Counted from the stretch's first letter, positions 38,094 to 51,381 are shown. The stretch is 64,000 bases of DNA from Octopus sinensis (GCF_006345805.1 NC_042997.1:22072001-22136000), one strand, 5' to 3'. Translations and numbers: made by a program. The notes: generated by a model from the sequence alone, not told the origin.

Positions 38094-39722
38094 CAGTTGC
38101 GGCCAAAATGTTCAGAACGGCATTGTTTTCGTCAGAAAAGTAAGTATAATTTTATATCAAAGTTGTTTCATATTCTATAATTTTCACAGACAATAAATAC
38201 AATATTATTTGTTATTGTCTGAGATTTTGATGTAATTTGAGAGGATAATACAAAAGTTATGGATGATTTAGTGATTTACTGCAAAACCCATGGCGGTCAA
38301 AATGATCAGAACGGTTGAAAAAATAACAAGATAATCAAAAATGACAGAGAATACTGGAATTGTTTAACATTTAGTGTGAAGCCCTTTAGCTTCAATCACA
38401 CTCTGACATCTTCGACTGCATGAGGAAATTAAATTTTCAATTTCTTGCTGGGTGATCTTATTCCATTCTTCCTGAAGGGCATTTCATAATTACTTAGTTG
38501 TTTTAGGATTTCTAGCTTTCGAACGTTCTCCTAGAATATTCCATACATTTTCAATAGGATTGAGATCTGGGCTTTGAGCAGGCCAATCCATAACAATAAC
38601 CTTTTCAGCCTTGAGGAAGTTCATGACCATCTTAGCCTTGTGACATGGGGCATTGTCCTGCATGAATATGGATGGTCGCTTAGTTGAATTTCTCAGTACA
38701 GGCAAGACATGATCTTTTACAAGTTGTTTATAAACTCCTGCATTTACCTTTCCATGTAATCGCACCAAAGGACCCACACCATCTCCAGATATCATCCTCC
38801 AAACCATGACACTTCCTCTGCCGAATTTAACACTAGTCTTAAGGCATTTAGGCAACAATTTTTCACCTACTTTTCTACAAACGTACCTTTTCCCATCTGA
38901 GCCAAATAACATAAACTTAGATTCATCACTGAAATGCACCGTTTGCCATTTTTCTTGAGACCACAGCACATGTTCGGTTGCAAAGGTAAGACGACACTTT
39001 TTATTCTTGGAGCTGATCAGTGGCTTCACTGCAGGTGCTCTTGCTTGTAGGTCATGTTCAACTAAACGACGAGACACAGTATTTCGAGATAAAGTTTTCT
39101 TCAATACGATGCTCATTTTCCGAGAAACAGCAGCAGCAGTTTTAAATCTGTCCTTTTTAACCAACTTTACCATAGCACGATATTCTCCCTTGGTCGTTTT
39201 TCTTGGCCTACCTGTAAACTTTCTTGCTTCAGACGAACCACAATCATCGAAGACCTGAAGAATACCGTGTACAACACTTTTTCACTTGTTAACAATCTTT
39301 GCAATAGATCCAATACTTAAATTATCCTTCCATCGAAGCTTAATAATCTGCTGATGAATTGGTAACGGAGTAAGTGGCATTATATTAACAAAGTACACTG
39401 CAAATATTCTTACTAATGTTTAGTAAACGAACCGTCACGTAAACAAATTCAAAACATTAGAGTTCGCCGGTTAAATATACTAAAACACGGAGTAACAGCA
39501 ACCGTTCTAATCATTTTTGCCGCCATGGGTTTTGCAGTAAATCACTAAATCATCCATAACTTTTGTATTATCCTCTCAAATTACACCAAAATCTCAGACA
39601 ATAACAAATAATATCGTATTTATTGTCTGTGAAAATTATAGAATATAAAACAACTTCGATAAAAAATTATATCTACTTTTCTGACGAAAACAATGCCGTT
39701 CTGAACATTTTGGCCGCAACTG
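38094..39722 (-). mobile_element. Tc1-like (DD34E) transposon with IR/DR-type ~223-bp TIRs
   Basis: TA|CAGTTGCGGCCAAAATGTTCAGAACGG ... CCGTTCTGAACATTTTGGCCGCAACTG|TA; inner direct repeat caaaatgatcagaacgg; 1629 bp. Confidence 0.97.
38364..39380 (-). pseudogene. Tc1 transposase, ~339 codons, one frameshift and three in-frame stops
   Basis: MPLTPLP.., GRPRKTT, FSDESKF, FMQDNAPCH, SPDLNPIENVW (34 residues between D2 and E), ..GLHTKC*. Confidence 0.93.
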
Positions 39723-39920
39723 TATATATATATAATGGTTTCCTAAATTTGGTATAAGGCTAGTAATTTAGGGGGCGGTTAAGTCGATCACATGGATCCC
39801 AGTGCTCAACAGGTGCTTATTTGATCGACTCTGAAAGAGTGAAAAGCAAAGTCGACCTCGGTGGAATTTGAACTCGAAACGTAAAGACGTACGAAATGCC
39901 GGTAAGAATTTTGCCCGACG

Positions 39921-39951
<31 letters not shown>

Positions 39952-40246
39952 ATGTGTATGTATATATATCTAACGAAGACATGACACGATGTAGGTAAAC
40001 ACATTTGAGAAATTTGAAAAGTTTACACGAAACCGGTAATTTCTCCAAAAATTATGTTACTATATACAAAATTTTATAACATTTTTCTAACATAACGACT
40101 TAAATATATTCTTTAACCTTATAAAACACGCCTTCTGTAGTTTTTTCACTCTTTTGTATTTTTTATACATCCACCACGTGCTTTCACACACCAACTTCTC
40201 ACCTATATATATATATGTATATATATATACTATATATATATATATA

Positions 40247-40358
<112 letters not shown>

Positions 40359-40361
40359 GTA

Positions 40362-41149
40362 GATGGCTTATTAGCAATTAAAGCCTAAAGGCAAATTTAT
40401 AAACATCACTAAAATGACAAGTATGCAAAGTGGTACCAGCCATTGCAAGAAATAAGAGTCGAAACGACTCATTAGCGACAAAAAGCACTATTTTAATAAA
40501 CTGACGAAGAAAAACAGAGCTCCCTACTGTAGTGAGACAAAGCTCCCTACTGAAGTAACAGATATATCCATATCACGTGATTTCGAATTCTAATTCATAG
40601 CATCTCAATTCTCGTCAGTGTATCTTACTGCGCCTAGAGTTAAGCTGAACTCACCTTATCAATTTCAGTCGGGTATTTTGTCATACTACAGTATGGAGCT
40701 CTGTTTTCTTTCGCCAACTTATTAAGATGGTGCTTTTTGCGGTTAATGAGTCGTTTTGACTCTTATTTCTAGCAATACTGGTACCACTTCGTACCCATGT
40801 CACTTTAGTGACGTTTATATATTTGCCTTTAGGTTTTCATTGCTAATAAGTCACGTACATTATTTATAGTATACACTTCTACCGTCTTGAAATAGCACGT
40901 GCTTTCAACGGATTTTCTTATAAGTTGACGAGGCGAGTTGAGCTTAACCTTAAGCGCAGTAAGACCAATGACGAGAATGGAGATGCTATGCACCAGAATT
41001 CGAAATCACGTGATATGGGTATATCTGATTCTTCAGTAGGGAGATCTGTTTTCCTTCAACTTATTTAGTGTTTTTGTTGTTAATTAATTGTTTTGACTCT
41101 TATTTCTAGCAATACTGCTACCACTTTGTACCCTTGTCACTTTAATGAC

Positions 41150-41152
<3 letters not shown>
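40362..41152. repeat. Complex fold-back (nested inverted repeats), unclassified element
   Basis: 40362-40538 is inverted at 40680-40854, and 40395-40655 is inverted at 40925-41152; (TA)n on both sides. Confidence 0.85.
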
Positions 41153-41186
<34 letters not shown>

Positions 41187-41189
41187 TAT

Positions 41190-42278
41190 AATGTACTGAT
41201 CTTTGATAGAAAATCCAACAAAAATGTACTCTATCTGGTGAGAGATAAATATTATCAGCCACCGAAACTTTACGAAACATCAAGTGAGTTTTTTGTAACG
41301 ATTCTGTTGACATTAGAACTGTTCAGAGATGGTTCCAAAAATTTCGTTCAGGAAATGAAAGCCTTAAAAATAAGCCAAGACGGAGGGGAAAATCGGTTGA
41401 ATTGAATGCTTTCGTTAAACGAAATCCGAGAACAACAGTCCGAAAAATCAGATCAGAGCTCCAGACATCTCTCGCAACTGCTTCCCGACACTTGAAAAAA
41501 CTTTGAAAAGTCAAAAAGTGTGATAGGTCTGTTCCCCATCATCTTAATGAGATTCAAAGAAACAGACGCCTTACAGTGTGTTCCATGTTAATTTCTCGGC
41601 AGGAAAAAGAACCACTTTTGTATCGACTCATTACATGAGATTAGAAATGGATACACTTTGATAACAGCAGGACAGGACAGTGGTTAGATGCAGGAGAGTA
41701 CCAAAACACTACGCAAAATCACCATTGCACCCTAAAATGTTGATGGTTACTGTATGGTGGTCAACAAAAGGGGTTATTCATTATTGATTTTTGCAACAAG
41801 GAAAGACTAACAGCAACATCCTATTTTCAGGAAATTGAGTGTATGCATGAAAAAGTTTTTAAAGAAGCAACTCAAATTAGTGAATAGAGATGGCCCAGTT
41901 TTTCTTCATGATAATGCACGGCTTCACACTTCTCAAGCTACGGTCAACAAGCCGTAAAGCCTGAATAATGAGTTTATACATCCTCCTTATTTTCCAGGTA
42001 TCTCTCCTACTGGTTATCACATATTTAAACACTTTGAGCTTGCTATACGCAATAAAACATACTTAAATAAAGAAGAGGTAATTGAAGTATTCGAAGTTTA
42101 TTTGTATAAAAGATGACAAATTCTTTGAAGATGGAATATATGCCTTGGAGGAACGTTGGATGAAGATCATAAATGAACAAGGATCATATTTTGATTAAAT
42201 AAATAGATATTCTAAAACTTAAAAACAATTTTAATGTTTCCTTTTTCAAATGCGACATTTCACGTGAGACAACCTAAT
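41190..42278 (+). mobile_element. Degraded mariner transposon, 5' TIR not found
   Basis: RTVQRWFQKFRSG, VPHHL, KWIHFDN, HDNARLH, PPYFPGISPTGYHIF motifs; 3' end tcacgtgagacaacctaa|ta. Confidence 0.85.
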
Positions 42279-42904
42279 ATGTACATGTTTTACCTACGAC
42301 TGAAATATAAGCACGTTTGCATTTTAAATAAAGAAGCGCATTTGATGAGAAACAGTACTCACATGAAAAAGAATTACAATTATATGAATACTCGCTGAGC
42401 CCTCCCACGCCATGCACTTTTACACTCTGAGTGCAAATCCTGCCGATGTCAGCCTTGCCAATTATTTTTCCTAGAGCAATAAAAGAAAAGGCCAGGCACG
42501 TAGTATATTGGTTATTTATATCGACTATCTATTCCACTCCCTTTGAATATGACCAAATGCCTCTTTCAGAAATCAATATCAGAACACATCGAATTTTGAA
42601 ATCGTTTTGAATACTTACTTTCACACACAGCTTTGTCTCTTATTTGTATTTTGATTTTAACTTTGACATGAATGCATCACGGAGACCATTTTATGCTGCT
42701 AAGAAACATCAGTATACAATTAGTGAATACTTTCGAACTAACAGAATACTTTTATAATTGAATATTTTCATTTTTAAATACTTCCCTTCTTAATTTTAGA
42801 CCGAAAAAGGTTTCACAACTTTTTGCGTTGTTTCATTTTCAATTTTTGTCTGACAATCATTTCTTATTTCATGTTGATGTGGATTATGAAAATTCCAATC
42901 TTGA

Positions 42905-43665
42905 TAATGATATTCAACCATTACAACAGGTTAGTTCAGCTGTGGGTGCATGCGCCGTTGCAGAGCGTCGCTGTATCCACCATTTATTGGTATAACGGTA
43001 TGTAGTTGGATACGACATCCGACCAATGGTAACACGTAATCCTGCGAAGCATCCGAGTATCAAAGTACAGGGGGCTCCTAAGGGTCCCAGACAGAGTCCA
43101 AATCTATAGAGCAAGACGAGCACATCGTTGTCCACCGAGTCAAACGCCTTTTGAAGGTTGACATAAGTTGCAAGCAGCTCCTACTGCCTACTGAAAACTT
43201 TGCCTGCGTTCGATGAATATTCGGAAAGCCAGGATCTTGTCAGTAGTTGACTTCTTTAGCGTGAACCCTGACTGCTCCGGCTACTGAGAAGCAAGCAGAC
43301 GATTTTGCACTCTGTTTAGAATAACTCTGGAAAAGAGAGGAGTGCATTTACTGGGTACTGAGAGGAGTGCAAACAGCCCTATAGTTGTTGCAGTTGTGAC
43401 GGTCACCTTTACCTTTCAAGAGAGGGATAGTTACGCCCCTCTACCAGTCAGGCAGTATGATGCCACCGCTTCAGATTGGGCAAGTTATCTGTCACAAGAA
43501 AAAGACTGCAGTAGGCCCACCATTCTTGATCACCTCTCCGTGGATGCCACAAACACCAGCTACCTTCCTCCCCCTCAGCCGATTTATCATTCGTACGGAC
43601 CTTGCTTGCGGACGACGGATCACAGCTGACTCGAAGATCGGTCACCAGCGCTGAAAGCATCTGAA
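42905..43665 (-). mobile_element. RTE-clade LINE reverse transcriptase fragment
   Basis: KVAGVCGIHGEVIK, KGKGDRHNCNNYRAV, PEQSGFT..KSTTDKILAFRIFIERR; stops and frameshifts. Confidence 0.8.
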
Positions 43666-43989
43666 TACTGTTATGATTTTATACAATGACTTCTAATTTC
43701 TCAAACTATGTAATACCTATTTGTTGATGTTATGTTACTCTTGAAATTTTCAAGAAAAATGGGTATATTTGGAGAAGCCTCTGTAAGAATACTAATTTAT
43801 CGAATCAGGATTTTTTTCGAAAACAAATTGCCTCATAAGGCAATTAAAGTGAATCATAAAAATGCAACGGATAAAGCTGGCGCCGTGATCAACTGCTCAA
43901 GGTGGTTGTTAAGGTGATTTACGACAGCCATTCAGCCCAGTAAACACCACCCAGGGAAGGAAGCCATATCTCACCTTAAAACTCGAAAG

Positions 43990-44480
43990 CAGTTCTTTTC
44001 ACTGCCACAAAGCCTTGTCTTATATCCATAGCCCCACACTGGCAGCTGAGAGTGGATTTTTTTTAATGCGTTGTGTTCTTGAACAAAACATTTCATTTCA
44101 CGTTGCTCCAGTCCACTCAGCTGACAAAAATGAGTAACGCTGCAATGGACTGGCGTCCTGTCGAGCTGGGGAACACATACGTCATTGAAATCGGGAAACC
44201 GGGCCCATGAACCTGGTTAGGCTTTAAAAGGGCGCATTTATTATTATTTTTAATACACCATCTAGTTGAAGTGCATGGCTTAGTGATTAGAGTTTAGCCT
44301 CATGATCGTAAGATCTTGGTTTCGATCCTGGACCGGGCGATGCGTTATATTCTTGAGCCAAACACTTCATTTCACCTGGCTCCAATCCACTCATATAGTA
44401 AAAATGAGGAAATCCTGAAACGAACAGACGTCCCGTCCAGGTGGGGAATATATACGCCATAGAAACTGGGAAAACGGCCC
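43990..44480 (+). mobile_element. Two adjacent family D SINE copies
   Basis: Both carry ttcatttcac(g/c)t(t/g)gctcca.tccactca; the second has the cctcatgatcgtaag..ggtttcgatcc head. Confidence 0.75.
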
Positions 44481-44545
44481 TATGCTACTTACGGAGTAAC
44501 ATGGACTAACAGCATCAACGTATTATTGTATTATAGACAGAACTC

Positions 44546-47500
44546 TTTTCTTTATTCACCGTAGGGGTTATAAATGGAGAGAGAACGAAACAAGGACAGA
44601 CAGACAAGGGGTCGGGGATCGAATGAGAGTAACAGTGTGAGGATGAACGTTAAAAATTGCAAAATTAAATGACGATGAAGTAAAAGAATCAATGCTTAAT
44701 TACGATGAAGTGGAGGACATGGTCGACCCCACCAACCACATTCTCACACTGAAGACTTTATTTTTCTTTTTACGTTCCCGCTCAAACAGGTTCATTCACC
44801 CTCAACACACTTGCTACAGACTTCCATCTTTTTCAAAACACACTGTGCGACAGGCATTTCATCTCCAGCCTTATTTTTCTTTTCATGTCGAAAAGAAAAA
44901 AAAACAAGGCTGGAGATAAAAAAAGATTTTACTATCCTTTTCACTCTCGTCTTCCATACTACTTCTTTCGCGATAGCTACTACCGAGAGAAAACAAGCCT
45001 GCTCTTCCCTATTCACGGAGGGCGGAGGAACAATCTTAATTATAGATTCGGTCGGGGCAGTAGGTGTTCGACATAAGCCCAGAGTTTCAAAATCTTCGGA
45101 CATTGTACAAGTGCGTGCAGAACAGTTTCACTGTCCTTCCCGCATCTTGGACAAGCCGGCGAGGACGAAGAACCATGCCTAAAGAGCTTATCTCGAACAG
45201 GTAAAGCACCTCTGTAACACTGCCTTCCAAGGGACCTCAGGTAATTGTCCTGGCCCTGGCCCGGATGTTCTTCGACACAGGCTGGCGAGTTGACCTTCAT
45301 CGAAGCCCAGGTTTCTCCCAGGACGTCGTCACACTTGAATTCTACCAACCCTCGGTAGAAGGACGGTATGGAACCCCCGCCACCAGCGATGTCCGACTGG
45401 GAGAGAAGCACGAGTGCCTGACGACACTCCACTTTCCAAGCCCCCAACCACGTTCAACGCTTAATCCATGGTTACAATTCAGTAAAATATCTGAACCGTG
45501 GAAATAACAGTTTGACGAACGGAGACTACACCTATTCACCGTCCAGGTAAAGCCAGATGTGCCTAAGCCTCAGTGCTTGTCTGCGCATTTTACCCACGCC
45601 ATCTCTAGCCCACTCTTCAGCGGTTTTTGGCAGCAGATAGATCGCCTTACAAGAGGTCCCTTGCCCCTCCACAAAAAGTGAAAGAGTATGCATTCCAACT
45701 TGTTCAGCCACGAATCGGAGCAAGGGACGATGGTCAGGCGGTGGGTGATTACAGATGCGATAAACACACCTGCAACCTCCGCCCTCCCTTTTAGGGACAG
45801 CTTCCGCTCAGACTAGGTCTGCGTTAGGACAGCAACTCTGCTCGCCACCTCACTCCAGTTCTTCTCTATCTGGAGATCCGGACCTAACCAGATTCTAAGC
45901 ATTTTCACCGGACCGTCTGTCCAACGTCCCATGACGCTGTCGGGCGGCATCGACTTGCCCCTCCAGGTGCCTAGTTGCAAGCCGACCGATTTATCCCAGT
46001 TAATTTTTGCTCCTACAACCGCATCGTAATCATTTATGGCCTGACCTACCTACTGTAGGTGTTCGACCCGAGATACTATGACGGTGATGTCATCTGCATA
46101 CGCCGAAACTGACTTTCCCCACCCTACATCTCGCGGAGTGCCCCTCATAGCCTCTAACTTCCTCAGCAATGGCTCGAGGGCCAAAACGTACAGAAGTTGA
46201 GAGAGAGAGGACACCCTTGACGCACCGATCGCTCAATGCAAAACGGTTCCGAAAAGAAACCGTTCACCCGACCTATCGATTCGATGTCGCCATATAAAGC
46301 GGGGATCCACCCACAGAGGGTCGGGCCGAAACCAGCCACCGCAAGGACCGCCACCAGATACTGATGGTCAACGCTATCGAACGCTTTTGATTGGTTTAAA
46401 TGGACCATTGCGTCACCTTTGCCAGGAATTCTTTTTACCCTCTCTAAGGCATAGAGATTGTCGTTAATCATCCTGCTAGGGATGGTACATGTTTGCGTCT
46501 CCCCGACAAGCCCACTCACGATCTGTGCCAACCATTTTGCTAAAACCTTGGTCAAAATCTTCAACACTGCGTTAAGCAGAGTGATGGGCCTAAAATTATC
46601 AATTACGTCCCCTTTCTTAGCAGCATCACGACCCCCCACCCCCACCCGCACACAGACTTGGTAATCTTCCCATTCTGCTGCCAGTTGGTATAGTCGCATG
46701 CAAGTAGGTGCCCGAACAAGTTTGGCATACTACAATACAATTCATAGCGTAGACCATCTAGCCCCGGGGACGTGTCCCCGCCGCAGTCTGATAACGCTTC
46801 CTCCACCTCCGTAACTGTAATCGGTCCTTCACCACATTCCGCTTCTTGCTCCGAGAGGCGCGACGAACCGGTGAGGAAGTCTGCGAGGTCCTCCCCACGT
46901 TCCGGTCCGCCGCCCCTCCCATAAAGCTGGGTGAAATGCCCGTGAAACACCTTACACATCTCCTCGGGTTCGTTTACTGAACGACCGTGTAGATTCATCA
47001 AAGTCCGTATGGTTGAGTTGTTACCACGTCGGCTCTCTACCACTCGAGCCCATCCGGTCATGTCGATTACTTCTTGTTCCATTGCACGTAACTTAGCCCT
47101 GACAATGCACCCTTCGTGTGCTAAAATTTTGGATGCAGAGCCTGACCTCATTGCCTTTTCTAATACCTTAACTAGAGCCCTTTCTACTCTATTTCTAGCT
47201 CTAGCTAATTCCTTGCTGAACCTAATTAATTCAAATTTTATGGATCTTTTCAGGGCATACCACCATTTAGTATTTATAATGGAGCCGGTTATGCCCTCAT
47301 AACTAGTTGTCTAATCCATTTCGTGTTGGCTTCACAGTCCAAGAGCCACTTGTTTAGCTTCCAGTACCTGTCTACACATGCTATCTAAGTCAAGCGTACA
47401 GGTCGCAAATTTGTGATCACTGTAGTTGACAATGTGGTGTTATGGACAACTAACTATTTTCTTATCCTTACTTCTTACAATAATCCTGTCTATATAAGAT

Positions 47501-48600
47501 CTGGGCAACCCATCGTTTTTTGCCCATGTCCACAATGGAACGTCTGGGTGATCCTGTTTGAATGGGTCTGCCAGCTGAAAGCGACTTAGCAGACCGCTGA
47601 GACAAGGGTTTGCCCTCTATCCGGGTTTGAGCCCACACAATCTACGCGTGCATCGCAGATTGTGTTAAAGTTACCTAGCAATACTAACATGTGTGACGTT
47701 CCTAGAAAATTATCCAGGCTTCTGAAGTAGTCTGGCGGTCCAGTTTTACAGGGAGCATAAACAGCCACCAGCCTGAACACTTTACCATTGCTGTGTGTCA
47801 CGTCCAAGACAACCAACCTACCTTCCAGATCTACAATGACTTCTTATCTCTAAATCCAGATTTTTCCTGAGTAGAACTATAATTCCTCCGCAAATAACTT
47901 TTTATTTCGTTGTAATCCATATTGTCTATTGTGTAAAATTCGACATGGGGAGGGACCAATACATGTTATATATTTTTGCGGATATAATCTGTTGTATTCT
48001 TGTCTTTAATAAGGCGCGTGTGTGTTTATTGCAGTTATGTTCTTGCATCTTTTCTTTGGTGATTGGTAGGGAGTGTGTGTGTTTGTAGGTGTGTGGTTGC
48101 GTGTGTGTTTGTGGGTGCGTGTGTGTTTGTAGGCACATGTGTGCTTGTGGTTGCGTGTATGTTTGTAGATGCGTGTGCGTTTGTGTGTGTGTGTGTGTTT
48201 GCAGGTGTGTGTGTACTTGTGGTTGCGTGTGTGTTTGTAGGTGCGTTTGTGTTTGTATGTGTGGGTGTATGCTTGCGAATGTCTCTGTGGGTGCGTTTGT
48301 ATTTCTGAGTTCGTGTGAGCTTGTGGTTGGTGTATCTGATGAGGGAAGGGGTCTTTTCTCTTCTTTCTTCTTTTATGAGGGCCTACAGTGACCTACTTTT
48401 GGTTTTCTGTCTCCTCCCGCTGTGCTGGCTGTTCCTCGACTGGTGGGGACGCCACGTTTCTCTCTCTGGTGGTGTATTTGTTCTTTCTTCTGTCTTTCTG
48501 TTTACATTTTGCGTGAATGTAGCCCTTTTCGCCACATTTGTAACATCGGACATGAATTTTCAAACATAGTAACAATAACAACACTTTTCAACAATGGTCT
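44546..48600 (-). mobile_element. Tx1/L1-clade LINE, long degraded copy (ORF1 zinc knuckle, APE, RT, C-terminal CCHC, 3' UTR)
   Basis: CYKCGEKGYIHAKC (~48520-48560), FRLVAVYAP, LLGNFN, SDH, YWKLN, NFRPITLLNAVLKILTKVLAK, SKAFDSVDH, VRQGCPLS, YADDITV, CPRCG..ETVLHALVQCP; ends aataaagaaaa. Confidence 0.9.
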
Positions 48601-49357
48601 TACCGGAGCAAAAAATTACACGTCTGAAAACAGCAAAAGCCGGTTTCAAACTCTGGTAATATAGACAAAACTGAGCTGGTCTACACTGCTTAGGGTAAAC
48701 AATTAAACAATTCTTTCCTTTGTTTTGCTTTTCTTCTTTTTCTTGTTTTTATTCATATTTATATTTTGTTTTGTTTTGTTTTCTTGCCTTTGTTCTTCTT
48801 TTACTTGTGAGAACCGGTTGTTATTTTTTCACGACAGGTATTTTTGTCATAAACATTTTCGCTATAGGAAACTTATTTGCTGTATTTATTTTTGTCCTAA
48901 ACATTTTTGCTATAGGAATTCCCATCACGTATCTTTACAGTAATATTTTTAAAAGCAACAAAGCTACTTTGTTTTATCTTACTGTTTAATTCGTAGTTTA
49001 TTTGTTTCAGACAAAGTACCTTGCTTGTCAAAGTATAAAAGAAAACAATAACAGCGTAAGTTACCCGATAACTTGTTTTAATTCTTCAGTAAGTTCACAA
49101 TCTTTTCGTGGGAGGGGATTTATACTAATGAGTTTATTGTTTCTCCTTCTACTTAGACAAACAAAATAATTAGTTTCTAGGAAAAAAATACGAATCAAAC
49201 TAATTTCGTACAAGATAGTTTTTCTAAAATCTGAATGAAATTGACAGGAGTCAGATTCATTCAGATATTATGAAATGTATATGAGAGTTTATATGCAACG
49301 GTGTATGCATGAATATTTGTCTATTTATGTGTATGCAATCGTGTATGGATATTGTTA

Positions 49358-49795
49358 GGATCTTTTCGGTTTGAACGGCAGTTTTTTCTAGCAATGTCAT
49401 ATGAAATTGTAACCCATAATTATGACCCTAGTATCGATCTATTGCATTTCAATCTGTTTTAGGGTTAGTTAGGGTTAGGGTTAGGGGTGGGGGTGGGGGG
49501 AAGGGTATCTTTTCTTCTTCAGAAATGTAAAAAAAAAAACCCAATCTGTTTCTTAAACGAGGGACATATTCATACGGCACAGAATGTTTTCACCTCAATA
49601 GACGTCATTGATTGGTTGAAATTGCAGAAATTGAAGAAAAATAAACAACAAATATCTTACAAACTATAGAATTTTCTCAATAAATCCAAGAGAAAAAGAT
49701 GTTTTATAAACACATTCTACCAGTATACGAAGTTTAAAAGTGTTTAGTTACGTGGAAATTATTTTCAAAAACTGCCGTTCAAACCGAAAAGATCC
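49358..49795. mobile_element. MITE, 438 bp, perfect 29-bp TIR, TA TSD, internal TTAGGG repeats
   Basis: TA|GGATCTTTTCGGTTTGAACGGCAGTTTTT ... AAAAACTGCCGTTCAAACCGAAAAGATCC|TA; TTAGGG units at 49459-49486. Confidence 0.92.
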
Positions 49796-51169
49796 TATGG
49801 TTGTGGTTTTGCACATATGTTCGTACCCCAGCTTCTGCCACTTAGCATCCGACCCATAATATTTTAATCTACATCTATTTTCATAATGTGCTACAAGTCT
49901 TTGGTGTAGCAATTGCATGCGGCTGAAGAGGGCTTTAAACTATCTGTTATGTCCATTATACATTGATGTAAGAATAAGTTGTTTTATAAAGCTCGAAACA
50001 TGTGTACCGCGACATCCTTTGTGTTCTGTTTTTTTATTTCATTTGATACATATATCTATTTTTGTAACTTTATATGTGAATCTTCGATGTATTTCTCCAA
50101 ATCACCTTCCTGGCTACATCCATCCTAGATGTATATCTATATGTATACTGCTTTAGGGTATTTTTACTTCCTTCATGTCCACTTCCATCGGCTACTTCAA
50201 TCTGTCATCATAGCCGTATCTCTATATGAAGTTATTTGATGTATTGTAGGTGTCTACCTTCCTCGCTTTTTTCATTCATCTCACTTCCTGAGCTTCTCAT
50301 TTTCTTGATTAGTTATGCCTTACAGTACCGAATCAATCTTTTTCTCAGTTTTTTGCCTCGCTTCTTTCATTTTCCCATGAAGAGTAGGGGCAAAGAAAAA
50401 ATTATAATTTACATTCAATGATTTGATTTTACCGACGCAGTTTTCAAATAAAAAAAAAAAACATTTGCAGACTGTCATAATAAGAAACAATTTATGGTAA
50501 AATGTCAAACTTTTTTAAACGAAACTAATTAAACGAATAGAAAGAAGCACTGATTTTTCTGTTTCATTATTACGAAAGTTAATTTAGTTAAAATTTCAGC
50601 GATATTGGAGATTAACGTACCAAACTGAATACGAAATGTGTTCATAATAGAATACTTTCGTTCTTTAAATACGTTAATTAATATTCAATACATAACTTCC
50701 TTAAATATAAATATATATAGTTATCATCATACGAATTTGACGATTATATTATGAACCAATGTAGAAAATTTGTAAATCCTGGTAACTTTCATACGCTACA
50801 AGGTATTGAGTTCTTTTGTATTATACCAATAAAAAACTTGAATCGGATGAATGCTACATCAAAAGAGTTATTTGATAGTTACTTGAAAGAATTTAAGTGT
50901 GGTGGTACAGTAACACATAAGCATGATGGTAGCAGAGTATTTGAAAGCGTCCATATTATCATACATAAACAATATATCCTATAATTATTTACTTTTATCA
51001 TTGATTTCCTGATCTTAAAATAAAGCATAATACATATTTCATTTTACAATATAAAGCTAATTTGTCCTTTATATCCATCGATTTTCTGTTTTACGCATAG
51101 ACAATTTTAAAACTTAATTTCAAATATATTCATCGCAATAAGACAACGGACACAGTAAATATGCTTATG

Positions 51170-51381
51170 CAGGGTGTTCATAAATTCATCACAGCTTCCA
51201 CAATTTATTATACTGTGTCATCTAGATGTGTTGCGTGCAACCAATAGAGCCCACATGCAAGTGTTCTGATGTTTCTAATAAAATTTTATTTCCCAATAAA
51301 CTCTGCTGAATTATTCGTATTTTTTACTTTTGTTTTGTTTTCTGAATTTTTCGAATTTAAAGGTAATTTATGGACACCTTG
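51170..51381. mobile_element. Tc1/mariner-type MITE
   Basis: cagggtgttcataaatt / aatttatggacaccttg|ta imperfect TIRs, similar to the DD41D element end at 57885-57912. Confidence 0.7.

Noticed and set aside
49459-49486. Interstitial telomere or chromosome-fusion scar
   Set aside because: Only four units, one orientation, inside a TIR-bounded element.
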